DNA of 64,000 nucleotides from the NCBI GenBank assembly GCA_018061645.1, contig JAGOTT010000004.1, positions 4,784-68,783 on the forward strand. Direction: 5' to 3'. Each line of letters starts with the position of its first letter. Position 1 is the stretch's first letter. Shown piece by piece: positions 31,280 to 45,238 of the stretch. This DNA is from Candidatus Moraniibacteriota bacterium (lineage in GTDB: Bacteria; Patescibacteriota; Minisyncoccia; Moranbacterales; UBA1568). The position numbers and the translations under genes were made by a program. The notes under the pieces are model-generated. The model made no database searches. It worked only from the letters and a program-made list of their open reading frames with translations, and had not been told where the DNA came from.

Positions 31280-31340
31280 ACCACATTTTCCGGATGCAAT
31301 CAACCCCGTCGGATATCCATCGAAAAGATAACGCCTCACA

Positions 31341-32789
31341 ATGAATCTCCGCTTTCTTTTTTTCGTCATAACCGCACTCGCCCTCGTCGTCATGGGTTTC
31401 TTCGCCTGGCGATTTTTCGAGACGGCGGAGCGGATCCATATCGAAAACAATGCGGCGAAAAGCGGGTTCGAAAATATCTCCTCCATACTTCCCGGAAAGC
31501 AACGGGAGAAGCTCGAAGGCGAAGATGCCGGTCGAATCAATATCCTCCTGCTCGGACGCGCCGGTGAACGATACCCCGGGAAAAATCTTACCGATACCGT
31601 CATGATAGCGTCGATCGACACGGTTGCGCGCAAAGCCGGGTTCCTGTCACTCCCGCGCGACCTCTTCGTCCCCATCTCCGGGACGGATTTCTCCACGAAG
31701 CTCAACTCCCTCTACCAATATGGTCTCTCCCAAGGCGATGAAGCCGATACCATGGTGTCATCCGTCGAGCATATCACCGGAATCGATATCCCCTACTTCG
31801 TCATTCTCGACTTCGACGGATTCGAGAAAGTCATCGACGATCTGGGCGGCATCCGCATTTTCTCCGAACGCGATATCCTCGACACCAGATATCCCGGAAA
31901 GAATTACAGTTACGAGACGTTCGAGTTGCCGGCGGGATGGCATTATCTCGACGGGAAGACCGCTCTCAAATACGCGCGTGAACGTCATTCCGACCCGGAA
32001 GGTGATTTCGGTCGCGCGAAACGGCAGCAGCAGATAATCAAGGCCGCGCAGGAAAAGGCCTTCTCCGCGAGGACCTATCTCAACGTCGTAATGCTCGATC
32101 GGCTGCTCACGACCCTCGGCGAAAGCGTCAGAACGAATCTTTCGATCGCGGAAATCGCCTCGCTCGCCGAACTCGGCAAGACGATCGACCTCCACAATGC
32201 TTCGACGGCCGTCGTCGACGCCTGGAAAAAGGAAAGTCTCCTCCGAGTCGATCACATCCAGGTCGGACCAGCCCGTGCATTCATTCTCGTCCCGCGGACC
32301 GGAAATTGGAACGAAATCCGTAACCTCACCGAGAACATTTTCGACCAGGAAGCGATACGGAAACGGAGGGAGCTCATCGCGGCGGAACAGCCGCGCATAC
32401 TCCTCGTCTCCAACCCTGAACATGCTACCGAAACCGGTATTCTTTCCCGGACGCTCACCGCGTCGTTTCCCGGGTCGGAGATCCGGACCGACACATCCGC
32501 AACCCTGGCAAAAACCGGCGAAAGCGGTATCATGGACACGACCGCGCTGCGGAAGCCTTATTCGATGGACGAGCTGCTCGATATTTTCGATGCGGGAAAG
32601 ATCACGGAAGTCCCGACGGACATCCGGGGAACTATCCGACCGAAAAATACGCCTGACTTCGTCGTTCTGCTCGGGGAGCGTTTCTTCGATCGGAAACTGT
32701 CGGAAGCGACGCTCGGCGATTCCGACGACGACATGACCGCCATGGAAGACGGCTTCTCTGATTTTTTGGAACCGCAGGAAGCCGAGTAA
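31341..32789 (+). CDS. LytR-CpsA-Psr (LCP) family cell-envelope phosphotransferase
   Basis: INILLLGRAGERYPGKNLTDTVMIASID... Confidence 0.8.
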   Translation: MNLRFLFFVITALALVVMGFFAWRFFETAERIHIENNAAKSGFENISSILPGKQREKLEGEDAGRINILLLGRAGERYPGKNLTDTVMIASIDTVARKAGFLSLPRDLFVPISGTDFSTKLNSLYQYGLSQGDEADTMVSSVEHITGIDIPYFVILDFDGFEKVIDDLGGIRIFSERDILDTRYPGKNYSYETFELPAGWHYLDGKTALKYARERHSDPEGDFGRAKRQQQIIKAAQEKAFSARTYLNVVMLDRLLTTLGESVRTNLSIAEIASLAELGKTIDLHNASTAVVDAWKKESLLRVDHIQVGPARAFILVPRTGNWNEIRNLTENIFDQEAIRKRRELIAAEQPRILLVSNPEHATETGILSRTLTASFPGSEIRTDTSATLAKTGESGIMDTTALRKPYSMDELLDIFDAGKITEVPTDIRGTIRPKNTPDFVVLLGERFFDRKLSEATLGDSDDDMTAMEDGFSDFLEPQEAE

Positions 32790-32828
32790 GAAATTAGGAA
32801 TCACGCCGCGCTTCGCGCGAAAACGCTT

Positions 32829-33344
32829 ATGAAAATAATAATCGGCCTCGGAAATCCCGGGAAAGAATACGGCGAGACGCGGCACAACGCCGGGTTCCTG
32901 TTTCTCGATATGCTGAAAGATTCATGGGGATTCCCCGAATTCGTTCCGGAGAAGAAATTCGCAGGTCTTGTTTCCGCCGGCATGAAGGACGACAAGAAGA
33001 CGCTCCTCGTGAAGCCGGTTACTTTCATGAATCACTCAGGTGAGGCGGTCGTAGCACTCGCCAATTTCTTCAAACTCACACCCGCCGACATCACGGTCGT
33101 CCACGACGATCTCGATCTGCCGTTCGGAACATGGAAAATCGCTGCCGGCTCCGGCGCCGCGGGACACAACGGCGTCACCGACATCATCGAGCGTCTCGGC
33201 ACGAAGGAATTCCGTCGCATCCGCATCGGCATCGGGAGACCCGAGGGCGACCGCGATCCCGCCGACTACGTCCTTTCGCGGTTCACGCCGGAAGAAGAGC
33301 GAAAACTCCCGGAAATCCTCACGGAAATCCTGGCGAAAATCTGA
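32829..33344 (+). CDS. pth: peptidyl-tRNA hydrolase
   Basis: MKIIIGLGNPGKEYGETRHNAGF. Confidence 0.9.
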   Translation: MKIIIGLGNPGKEYGETRHNAGFLFLDMLKDSWGFPEFVPEKKFAGLVSAGMKDDKKTLLVKPVTFMNHSGEAVVALANFFKLTPADITVVHDDLDLPFGTWKIAAGSGAAGHNGVTDIIERLGTKEFRRIRIGIGRPEGDRDPADYVLSRFTPEEERKLPEILTEILAKI

Positions 33345-33380
33345 ATCGGAATTACGTAACCGGTTACGTAACCAAAAAAA

Positions 33381-33405
33381 CGATCCCGCTCGGTGGGATC
33401 GTTTT
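33381..33405. terminator. bidirectional rho-independent terminator
   Basis: AAAAAAA-CGATCCC-GCTCGGT-GGGATCG-TTTT. Confidence 0.75.
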
Positions 33406-33420
33406 CACTTCGGAAAGAAA

Positions 33421-33502
33421 AGAGCCGGATTCCCGACTGGACTGCTCGGGCCGATGTAGGAGGGGTGATCGGCTTTCGCTTTCCAGCCGGAAATCCGGCT
33501 CT
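33421..33502. other. structured RNA-like element: 11-bp closing helix around two internal hairpins
   Basis: AGAGCCGGATT (33421-31) pairs with AATCCGGCTCT (33492-502). Inside are CCCGA..TCGGG and CCGAT-GTAGGAGGGGTG-ATCGG. Confidence 0.4.
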
Positions 33503-33563
33503 CTTCGGTTGTCAAATACTCCGTAAAAACTAGCAACGGAAAGGATTCTTGTCAAACGGAACG

Positions 33564-34229
33564 TTACTTCGTTTCGGCGGCGGATATTTCCCCTTCCGGC
33601 TTCTTCTCCACCTTCTCGACCTTGGTCACATCGGCCTCGGCCTTCTCGTCGAGCTTCTCGAGTTCGGCCTCGCTTCTCGGGGCTTCCACGAGCGCGACCA
33701 CGGTCTCGATATCGTCTTTCACGGTCACTTTCGCCGGAATAGCGAGATCCTTGATCTTGATCACGTCATCGAAGGTCACGAGCTTCGAAAGATCGACTAT
33801 AAGCGTATGCGGGAGGTCTCCCGGAAGCGCGTTCACCTCCACGTTCTCAAGCGCCTTCACGAGGATACCGCCGAGCTCGCGCACCGCCGGAGCCTCCCCT
33901 ACGAATTCGAACGGGATATCAGCGTCGATCGCCTCGTCCATGCGCACCTGAAAGAAATCCGCGTGCGTGAAACGGTTCGAAATCGGATCCATCTGCGCGT
34001 CCTTCACGATGACGTTCACTGGTTTCCCGGTTCCGGTCGAAAGCGTGATGATCGTGTTCTCCCCGGCGGCCTTGAAGGCGCGGGCGAACGCGCGGTGATC
34101 GAGCGAAAGAGGCTTCGACTCGATGCCGCGTCCGTAAATGATGGCAGGAATGAGCCCCTTGCCCCTGAGTGTCTGGAGGTTTTTCCCGGCTTTGCGGATT
34201 TCCGCAGTGAGCGTTATCGTATCGGACAT
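33564..34229 (-). CDS. rplY: 50S ribosomal protein L25 / general stress protein Ctc (long form)
   Basis: MSDTITLTAEIRKAGKNLQTLRGKGLIPAIIYG... Confidence 0.85.
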   Translation of the reverse strand: MSDTITLTAEIRKAGKNLQTLRGKGLIPAIIYGRGIESKPLSLDHRAFARAFKAAGENTIITLSTGTGKPVNVIVKDAQMDPISNRFTHADFFQVRMDEAIDADIPFEFVGEAPAVRELGGILVKALENVEVNALPGDLPHTLIVDLSKLVTFDDVIKIKDLAIPAKVTVKDDIETVVALVEAPRSEAELEKLDEKAEADVTKVEKVEKKPEGEISAAETK

Positions 34230-34260
34230 AGATTTTTGGCTGTATGCCGTTTAGAGAAAA

Positions 34261-34626
34261 TTACCGGAGGTAGTCGCCGATGCCGCCGCGGAAGTCCTTG
34301 AGAAACCGATGGACTTCGAGCGCATCATCAGCCGTAACCGCATCGCTTCCGTAGAACCGTTTCACTTCACCTCGCTCGAGATCGGTCAGCATCCCGAAGG
34401 ACACCGCTCCCATCTTCCCGAGTGATACGAACACGAGCGAAGAGATCCCGCACGACTCACAGGTGAGATGAAGCGCTGTCTTCCTCTCGTCTTCCGACAG
34501 GAGGATGACCTTCCCGGGCTCGTATTTCTTCTGGCACACGGGGCACCGGATGAGCGGCTTCAGATTTTCCAAGGATGGTTCCATGGAGTTTATTCGGGGA
34601 ATGAACAGGTTCGACCACTCTATCAC
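34261..34626 (-). CDS. hypothetical zinc-ribbon protein (start uncertain)
   Basis: CPVCQKKY...CESCG. Confidence 0.4.
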   Translation of the reverse strand: MIEWSNLFIPRINSMEPSLENLKPLIRCPVCQKKYEPGKVILLSEDERKTALHLTCESCGISSLVFVSLGKMGAVSFGMLTDLERGEVKRFYGSDAVTADDALEVHRFLKDFRGGIGDYLR

Positions 34627-34651
34627 GGGAAAAAGCTTCCGTCAAGCCGAA

Positions 34652-36694
34652 TCACACGTCCAGGTTCTTCACCGTCTTCGCGTGGGTCTGGATGAATTTC
34701 CGGCGCGGCTCGACATCGTTACCCATGAGGATGTCGAAGAGCTCGTCCGCCGCCTCCGCGTCCTCGATCTTCACCTGGAGCATGAGCCGGCTCTCCGGAG
34801 CCATCGTCGTCTCCCAGAGCTGTTCCGGGTTCATTTCTCCGAGACCCTTGTACCGCTGGATCGAAATACCGGCGACCTTCTCCTCGCCCGGTTCTCCTTC
34901 GCTTTCTTCGACGACCGGTTCCTTCGCGCCCTTGCCGGTCTTGACCGCCTTCGCCGCCGCTTTCTCCTCGGCGAGTTTCTTCATCTCCTCGATGATACGA
35001 TTTTTCTCCTCGTCGGTATAGGCATACTGCACCGTCTTCCCCTTCTGGAGACGATAGAGCGGTGGCTGTGCGATGAAGATATGCCCGCCGGTGACGAGTT
35101 CCTCGAAATAGCGATAAAAGAAAGTAAGGAGAAGCGTCCGGATGTGCGACCCGTCGACGTCGGCGTCCGCCATGATGATGATCTTGCCATAGCGCAGACG
35201 GGCGATATCGAAAGTCTCACCGATACCGGTTCCGAGCGCGATGATGATCGGCTTCAAGGTATCGGACTTCACGACCTTGTCGAGAGATGTCTTCTCGACG
35301 TTCACGAGCTTTCCGCGAAGCGGAAGAATCGCCTGAAAGGTTCGGTCACGTCCCTGCTTCGCCGAGCCGCCTGCGGAGTCTCCCTCGACGATGTAGAGCT
35401 CGGAACGGGTGATGTCCTTGGTCGAACAGTCGGCAAGCTTTCCCGGGAGCGTCATGCCTTCGAGCGCACCCTTGCGGATGACCGCATCCTTGGCAGCGCG
35501 TGCGGCGATGCGGGCACGGACGGTGAGGAGGCATTTTTCGAGCATCGCCTTGGCGTCCGCGGGTCGTGTCTCCATGTATTCGGCGAGTCCCTCCGACACC
35601 ACGGATGAGACGATGCCTCGCACTTCGGCATTACCGAGCTTCGCCTTCGTCTGCCCCTCGAACTGCGGATTCGCGAGTTTGACCGAGACGACCGCAGTGA
35701 GTCCCTCCTTGAGGTCGTCGGAGGTCATCGCACCATCCTTCTCCTTGAGGAATCCGTTCTTCTTCGCGTAGTCGTTGAGCGAGCGGGTGAGTGCCATCTT
35801 GAAACCGGTGACGTGCATGCCGCCTTCGGGATTGTAGATATTGTTCGCGAACGCGAAGAGATGCTCCTTGTAGCTGTCCGTATACTGGAGCGACAGCTCG
35901 ACATAGACCCCGTCCACCGTCTTTTCGATATAGACCGGCGTCTCGTTTTTCACCTCCTTGCGGCGATTCAGGAACTTCACGAACGAAATGATACCGGAAT
36001 CGAAGAGGAATCCGTATCGGCGCATCTTGTGTTCATCTTCCGTATTCACGACTTGGCGACGATCCTCCACCTGGATACGGACACCCTTGGTAAGGTATGC
36101 CTGGTAGCGGAGGTACTCAAGGATCTTGTCCCACGAATATTCGATCTCCGGGAATATTTCCTTGTCCGCCTTGAAGGCGATGGTCGTCCCGGTATCCTTC
36201 GATTTGCCGATCGGCTTCACGGAGCCCTGTGGCACGCCCTGCTTATAGAGCTGCTCCCAAACCTTCCCGTCGCGCTTCACCGTCGCGCGCGTCCATTCGG
36301 AAAGCGCGTTGACCACCGAAACACCGACACCGTGAAGTCCGCCGGATATCTTGTATCCGTCACCGCCGAATTTGCCGCCGGCATGGAGCACGGTAAGCAC
36401 TGTTTCAAGCGTCGATTTTTTCGTCTGCGGATGGATCTCGACCGGGATGCCTCGGCCGTTGTCGACGACTTCGACGACATTGTCCGGCAGGAGTCTCACG
36501 GTGATTTCCGTGCAATACCCGGCCATCGCTTCGTCGATCGAATTGTTCACGATCTCCCAGATGAGATGATGCAATCCCTCGGTCGACGTGCCGCCGATAT
36601 ACATGCCCGGACGCTTTCGGACCGGGTCGAGTCCTTCGAGGACCTGGATCGATTTGGCCCCGTATTGTGCGCTATCGGTGATTTTCTTAGCCAT
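34652..36694 (-). CDS. gyrB: DNA gyrase subunit B
   Basis: GLDPVRKRPGMYIGGT, GHKL ATPase, Toprim. Confidence 0.95.
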   Translation of the reverse strand: MAKKITDSAQYGAKSIQVLEGLDPVRKRPGMYIGGTSTEGLHHLIWEIVNNSIDEAMAGYCTEITVRLLPDNVVEVVDNGRGIPVEIHPQTKKSTLETVLTVLHAGGKFGGDGYKISGGLHGVGVSVVNALSEWTRATVKRDGKVWEQLYKQGVPQGSVKPIGKSKDTGTTIAFKADKEIFPEIEYSWDKILEYLRYQAYLTKGVRIQVEDRRQVVNTEDEHKMRRYGFLFDSGIISFVKFLNRRKEVKNETPVYIEKTVDGVYVELSLQYTDSYKEHLFAFANNIYNPEGGMHVTGFKMALTRSLNDYAKKNGFLKEKDGAMTSDDLKEGLTAVVSVKLANPQFEGQTKAKLGNAEVRGIVSSVVSEGLAEYMETRPADAKAMLEKCLLTVRARIAARAAKDAVIRKGALEGMTLPGKLADCSTKDITRSELYIVEGDSAGGSAKQGRDRTFQAILPLRGKLVNVEKTSLDKVVKSDTLKPIIIALGTGIGETFDIARLRYGKIIIMADADVDGSHIRTLLLTFFYRYFEELVTGGHIFIAQPPLYRLQKGKTVQYAYTDEEKNRIIEEMKKLAEEKAAAKAVKTGKGAKEPVVEESEGEPGEEKVAGISIQRYKGLGEMNPEQLWETTMAPESRLMLQVKIEDAEAADELFDILMGNDVEPRRKFIQTHAKTVKNLDV

Positions 36695-36795
36695 AGACAG
36701 ATAAAAATGTAAACATCAAAAAGAAAAATGGTCGTGTCCGCTAACAGCGGGCTCCTTAATTTTTCATTTTGAAATTTACCTTTTGCATTTCCTGA

Positions 36796-37176
36796 TTATT
36801 CTTCTTTCGTCAGTCGTCGCGCGGAGAGCTCGAGAAGCAGGATCGCCGCGAACGCAAGAAGTGCGTTCCACCACGAGAGATACCCGACGCGCGACAGGAC
36901 AAGCATCAGGATGGAAAAGCTCGCGAGGAGGAATCCTTGTCGGAACGAAGAACCGAACGCCGCCGCCGCGCTCGTGTCCCCGAGGAATCTCCGACCGAGA
37001 GAAACGAGTATGAGCGTACAGATTCCGGTCAGAAACGAGAAGAGCGCACCGAGAAAAAGTACCGCCCCAAGATTTCCGACCGACTCCGGATCCACGGAGA
37101 AAAAGACGCCCATCCATGTCCCGAAGGAGAGGAGGGTAAAAAAACGGACCCCGAAGAGGAGCGTCTGGAATCGCAT
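36796..37176 (-). CDS. hypothetical small membrane protein (3-4 TM)
   Basis: Hydrophobic ORF between the rpoC terminator and the gyrB promoter. Start is not fixed. Confidence 0.35.
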   Translation of the reverse strand: MRFQTLLFGVRFFTLLSFGTWMGVFFSVDPESVGNLGAVLFLGALFSFLTGICTLILVSLGRRFLGDTSAAAAFGSSFRQGFLLASFSILMLVLSRVGYLSWWNALLAFAAILLLELSARRLTKEE

Positions 37177-37414
37177 AAAGGGCTGATTCAGGCTTTCTTT
37201 CCCTTCCCATTCTCGCATATTTCCGGAGCGCTGGCAAGCCGGCTTGTCATCTCCTCTTCCGAAAAAACGAATATGTATTCGGTGAAAATCCATGTTCCAC
37301 GGGAAAAAAGCGGAAACGAAAAGAACCGCGCTCCGGCGCGGCTCTCTCCATTTCCTGATTCATCAGGTATTTTCCTCTTCGACAAACACGGGGTCGGAAC
37401 GGCTGACGGGATCC

Positions 37415-40400
37415 CTACTTCGTCACCGTTTCACGGAAACCGGTGCCAGCCGGGATGAGCCGACCGATTATGACGTTCTCCTTGAGACCACGGAGCCGAT
37501 CCTCCTTGCCGGCAATCGACGCGTTGATGAGGACGCGCGCGGTTTCCATGAAGGATGCTGCCGAAAGGAAGGATTCCGTCGAAAGCGCGACCTTAGTGAT
37601 ACCGAGGACGAGCTGCTCGCCCTGGGCGATCGCCTTGCCGGCCGACTCGACCGCCGCGTTCGACTCCCCGAACTGCGCCATTTCGACGACGTCACCCGGG
37701 AGGAGATCGGTCGCGCCCGGATCCGTGATGCGGATACGGGAGAGCATCTGACGGATGATGACTTCGATGTGCTTGTCGTTGATTCCTTCACCCTGACTCG
37801 CGTAGATTTCCTCGATTTCTCGGACGATATAGCGGTGCACCGCCTCCTTGCCCATGACTTCGTAGAGCTTGCGGAGATCGAGATGCCCTTCGGAGAGAAC
37901 CGTGCCTTCGCCGACGAGCTCACCCTCTTTCACGAGAACCGAAAGGTTCGCCGGAACGGCATATTCACGCTCCTCGCCGCCTTCGGAAGAGATGACGATC
38001 TTGATCGTCTTTTCACCTTCCTTGGAGATGGATTTCACCACGCCGGCCGCCTCCGCGATAAGCCCTTCGGATTTCGGCGGACGGGCTTCGAATATTTCCT
38101 CGACACGCGGAAGACCCTGGGTGATGTCCGTTCCCGCGACACCGCCGATATGGAAGGTGCGCATGGTAAGCTGGGTTCCCGGTTCGCCGATCGCCTGTGC
38201 CGCGACGACGCCGACGGAAGCGCCGAGTTCGACCAGAGCATTGCGACCAAGATCGACTCCATAGCACTTCCGACAAATGCCGCGGTGTGCCTTACAGGAG
38301 ACAAGCGATCGGATTTTCACCTTCGGAAGACCGGCTGCGTCGATGGCCGCTGCCTGTTCCTTGGTGACGAGATCGCCCTTCTTCGCGATGACCTCCTTGG
38401 TTTCCGGATGCTTTACGGTCTCGGCGGTCACACGACCGCGGACACGACCGCCGAAACTGATGCCGGTCGCATCGGAATCCTCGCGGTACAGGTACGCGCC
38501 GTCGGTATCGCCGCAATCCTCCGCCCGGACGATGATATCCTGCGAAACGTCGACGAGACGGCGGGTCAGGTACCCGGCGGACGCGGTACGGAGCGCCGTA
38601 TCGGCCATACCTTTTCGGGCGCCGTGGGTCGATATGTAATATTCGAGAACATTGAATCCTTCCTTGAAGGAGCTCTTCACCGGAAGCTCGATGGTCTCAC
38701 CGGTGGCACCGGCCATAAGCCCCTTCATACCGGTCATCTGCACGACGACGGATTCGGAACCTCGAGCCTTTGAATAGACCATGGAATAAACCGGGCCTTC
38801 CTTATCGAGTGTCGCCCGGACAGCATCGGTGATTTCATCCTTCGCTCCGTTCCAGATCTCGATGACGCGGTTCTTCCGCTCCTCGTTCGTAAGGAATCCC
38901 ATATTGTACTGATCCTTCACCTCCCGGACTTTCACTTCTGCCGCGGCGATGATTCCCGGTTTCGCCGCAGGAACCTTGAGATCGTCCATGCCCCAGCTGA
39001 TGCCGGACTTGGTCACGGCCTTGAAACCGAGATCCTTGATCTTGTCGGCGACACGGGCCGCTTCGTCCTGTCCGAGCTCCTCCAGGATCCGCGCCATGAT
39101 GCCGCGGATTTCCTTTTTGGTCAGCTCCTCGTTCACGAAGCGGAGATGATCCGGAAGGATATCGTTCACCATCGCGCGTCCGACGGACGTCTCGATGATC
39201 GATCCGCTCCACAGGAGCTTCACCTTCGCATTCACATCGACGATACCGCTCTGATAGGCGAAGATGGCTTCGTCGATGGATGCGAACGCTTTTCCTTCGC
39301 CTTTGGCCCCCGGTTTGAGATGAGTGAGATAGTACGCGCCGAGCACCATGTCCAGGGTCGCCGATACGATCGGTTCGCCGGACGCCGGCTTGAGGAGATT
39401 CTTCGCGGAAAGCATCACGTTCGCGCTCTCCCACCGGGCCTGATCCGTAAGCGGAACGTGTACCGCCATCTGATCACCGTCGAAGTCGGCGTTAAAGGCG
39501 GTGCAGACCATCGGGTGAAGGCGGATGGCCTTTCCTTCGATAAGCACCGGCTGGAATGCCTGGATCGAGAGACGGTGAAGGGTAGGTGCGCGGTTGAGGA
39601 GCACATAGTGGTCGGCGATGATCTCGTCGAGGATCTCATACGCCTCCTCCGCCTCCGCATCGACCATACGGCCGGCGGTACGGACATTGTGAGCGTATTC
39701 CTTCGCGATGAGCTTCTGGATGATGAACGGTTTGAAGAGTTCGAGCGCCATCTTTTTCGGAAGTCCGCACTGGTGGAGTTTGAGTTTCGGCCCGACGACG
39801 ATGACCGAGCGTCCGGAATAGTCGACGCGCTTTCCGAGAAGGTTCTGGCGGAATCGGCCCTGCTTGCCCTTCAGGGCATCGGCAAGCGACCGGAGTGCGC
39901 GGCGCTGACCAGTCGATGCGGCGGCGGACACCTGTCCGCGGCGCGCGCTGTTGTCGAAGAGCGCGTCGACCGCCTCCTGAAGCATGCGTTTCTCGTTGCG
40001 GGTGATGACTTCCGGTGCACCGATCGCCATGAGTTTCTTGAGGCGATTGTTGCGGTTGATGATGCGACGGTAGAGATCGTTCAGATCGGAGGTCGCGAAA
40101 CGACCGCCGTCGAGAGCGACCATCGGCCGAAGATCCGGCGGAATGACCGGGATGACGGTCGGCAGCATCCATTCGAGCTTGAGATTCGCCTTCTGGAATC
40201 CCTGGAACACCTTGAGTCTTTGAAGCGTCTTCTTCGGGTCGGACATCTCGCCTGAGGCGAGCTCGGCACGCAGGGTCTCGATCATCGCCGGAATATCGAT
40301 CCTTTCGAGGATCTTCCGGACAGCTTCCGCGCCGATACCGGCGGAGAATACCTGCCCGAACCGGGTGGACAGATTGAAATAGTCCACCTCCGAAAGGATG

Positions 40401-40987
40401 CGGTACGGGACGAGGCTCCGGAGATCCTCCTTCGCCGAACGATACTGCTCCTTGAGATCGGCAAGCCCTTCCTCGGAATCCTTCGTTTCCTTCTGTTTCG
40501 CCTTGTATTCCGTCTCAAGCTCCCGGACGACCCGCTCCTTGAGCGACTCGTTCACGTCCGTGACGATATAGGAGGAAAAATATATCACGCGTTCGAGCTC
40601 CGACGGCGAAATGCCGAGAACGAGACCGATTTTGGACGGTACGCCGCGAAGAAACCAGATATGCGAGACCGGCGTCGCGAGCTTTATGTGCCCCATCCGC
40701 TCACGGCGCACGATGGCACGCGTCACCTCGACACCGCACTTGTCGCAGACGATACCCTTGTAACGGATGCGCTTGTACTTGCCGCAATAGCACTCCCAGT
40801 CCTTCGCCGGCCCGAAGATCTTCTCGCAAAAGAGACCTTCCGGCTCATATCGCTGGGTCCGGTAGTTGATGGTTTCAGGTTTCGTGACCTCTCCGGTCGA
40901 CCATTCATGAATCTGATCGGGGCTCGCGAGCGTCAGCCTCACGGAATCGAAGTCGCTCACTTTGGTGATGTTGTTGTCCGTCGTCAT
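37415..40987 (-). CDS. rpoC: DNA-directed RNA polymerase subunit beta'
   Basis: Trimmed to [14 protein letters not shown]... (ATG at 40985-40987). Contains NADFDGDQM. Confidence 0.95.
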   Translation of the reverse strand: MTTDNNITKVSDFDSVRLTLASPDQIHEWSTGEVTKPETINYRTQRYEPEGLFCEKIFGPAKDWECYCGKYKRIRYKGIVCDKCGVEVTRAIVRRERMGHIKLATPVSHIWFLRGVPSKIGLVLGISPSELERVIYFSSYIVTDVNESLKERVVRELETEYKAKQKETKDSEEGLADLKEQYRSAKEDLRSLVPYRILSEVDYFNLSTRFGQVFSAGIGAEAVRKILERIDIPAMIETLRAELASGEMSDPKKTLQRLKVFQGFQKANLKLEWMLPTVIPVIPPDLRPMVALDGGRFATSDLNDLYRRIINRNNRLKKLMAIGAPEVITRNEKRMLQEAVDALFDNSARRGQVSAAASTGQRRALRSLADALKGKQGRFRQNLLGKRVDYSGRSVIVVGPKLKLHQCGLPKKMALELFKPFIIQKLIAKEYAHNVRTAGRMVDAEAEEAYEILDEIIADHYVLLNRAPTLHRLSIQAFQPVLIEGKAIRLHPMVCTAFNADFDGDQMAVHVPLTDQARWESANVMLSAKNLLKPASGEPIVSATLDMVLGAYYLTHLKPGAKGEGKAFASIDEAIFAYQSGIVDVNAKVKLLWSGSIIETSVGRAMVNDILPDHLRFVNEELTKKEIRGIMARILEELGQDEAARVADKIKDLGFKAVTKSGISWGMDDLKVPAAKPGIIAAAEVKVREVKDQYNMGFLTNEERKNRVIEIWNGAKDEITDAVRATLDKEGPVYSMVYSKARGSESVVVQMTGMKGLMAGATGETIELPVKSSFKEGFNVLEYYISTHGARKGMADTALRTASAGYLTRRLVDVSQDIIVRAEDCGDTDGAYLYREDSDATGISFGGRVRGRVTAETVKHPETKEVIAKKGDLVTKEQAAAIDAAGLPKVKIRSLVSCKAHRGICRKCYGVDLGRNALVELGASVGVVAAQAIGEPGTQLTMRTFHIGGVAGTDITQGLPRVEEIFEARPPKSEGLIAEAAGVVKSISKEGEKTIKIVISSEGGEEREYAVPANLSVLVKEGELVGEGTVLSEGHLDLRKLYEVMGKEAVHRYIVREIEEIYASQGEGINDKHIEVIIRQMLSRIRITDPGATDLLPGDVVEMAQFGESNAAVESAGKAIAQGEQLVLGITKVALSTESFLSAASFMETARVLINASIAGKEDRLRGLKENVIIGRLIPAGTGFRETVTK

Positions 40988-41016
40988 AGGTTTGGCGTTA
41001 ATCGTGTAGCTTCGGA

Positions 41017-44466
<3,450 letters not shown>

Positions 44467-44962
44467 TTCTTGCTTTCCGACTTTTCCGCCTCTGGCGGAT
44501 CACCCGACGAAAAAACAAGCAGGCCCAACCGGTTTACGGCTTACTTATGAAATTGTGCTTCGCGTCGATACGCTCAACATGCTTTCCTCTGGTAAAAAGA
44601 AGGAACGAAATGGAAACTCCGCGCTTTGTCTGCGCGGTTCGTTTGTTTTGCTCAAGCCGTCGCTTGAGCCACCCGGGGAAAGTCCAAGATCTTGATAATC
44701 GAGTACACGGATATTACCAGTGGGGCGTTTTTCTGTCAAGCAGCAGCCGCTACAGGTATTTAGCAAAAGCCACGTCGAGTGCGGTCGTGATGAAGGCTTT
44801 TGGTCGGATCTTTCCTTTTCGGGGTTTCCAATCCGTGACCGGCGGATTTATAAGGGATTTTTCACCAGAAAAATCCCGACCCCAAGAAGGGAAGTCCAGG
44901 CAGAATCCAAATGAGCGCAAATAGATATGGCACGAACCAATTTTCCGGTCATGGCAAAAGTC

Positions 44963-45235
44963 TCATTTCTTCGTCGCGAAACGGTATGTTTCGGCGACGG
45001 TTTCGGCGATCTTGACGGAGGTGAAGTTGTCGGAAACGTCCGTTTCGAGGATAAAATCCGAAATATCGGTCGGCTCCAGTCCTTTTTCACGGAGAATACC
45101 ACCGATCGATTCGAAGAGTCGCCGTCCCATATCCCGTCCCTCCTCCCATTCGCGCGCAACAAGTTCCGTTCCGTCCTCAATCAACATAAGATGGGATTTC
45201 TCCTTTTCGACAATCAGCTTGAATATCCTAGTCAT
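44963..45235 (-). CDS. TsaB/YeaZ-like N-terminal fragment protein (90 aa)
   Basis: KLIVEKEKSHLMLIEDGTELVAREWEEGRD...LEPTDISDFILETDVSDNFTSVKI resembles the TsaB N-lobe, with a degenerate GPGSFTG. Confidence 0.4.
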   Translation of the reverse strand: MTRIFKLIVEKEKSHLMLIEDGTELVAREWEEGRDMGRRLFESIGGILREKGLEPTDISDFILETDVSDNFTSVKIAETVAETYRFATKK

Positions 45236-45238
45236 AAC

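Noticed and set aside
30575-31705. 376-aa version of signal peptidase I
   Set aside because: The first about 140 residues are an R/S/P-rich read-through overlapping the hisS 5' end and the divergent promoter region. The enzyme core begins at the TM anchor near MMGLF.
36776-37237. Alternative minus-strand ORF (153 aa) overlapping the small membrane protein
   Set aside because: Arg-rich, non-hydrophobic, low-complexity translation. The other frame gives coherent TM helices.
44640-44900. RNase P RNA (GGAAAGTCC resembles CR-I; CAGAATCCAAATGA resembles CR-V ACAGAAnCCGGCUUA)
   Set aside because: The two motifs cannot form the P4 pairing (AGTCCAAG versus ATCCAAAT). The CR-II/III/IV consensus blocks are absent. 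GGRAAGTCCARG is simply duplicated. Kept only as an unclassified structured leader or ncRNA candidate.
44467-44962. tmRNA or SRP RNA in the rpoB upstream region
   Set aside because: There is no tRNA-like 3' end (GGTTCGAnTCC...CCA), no tag reading frame, and no SRP domain-IV GGAA tetraloop/AGCAGCC symmetric-loop pattern. AGCAGCAGCC is only a partial resemblance.
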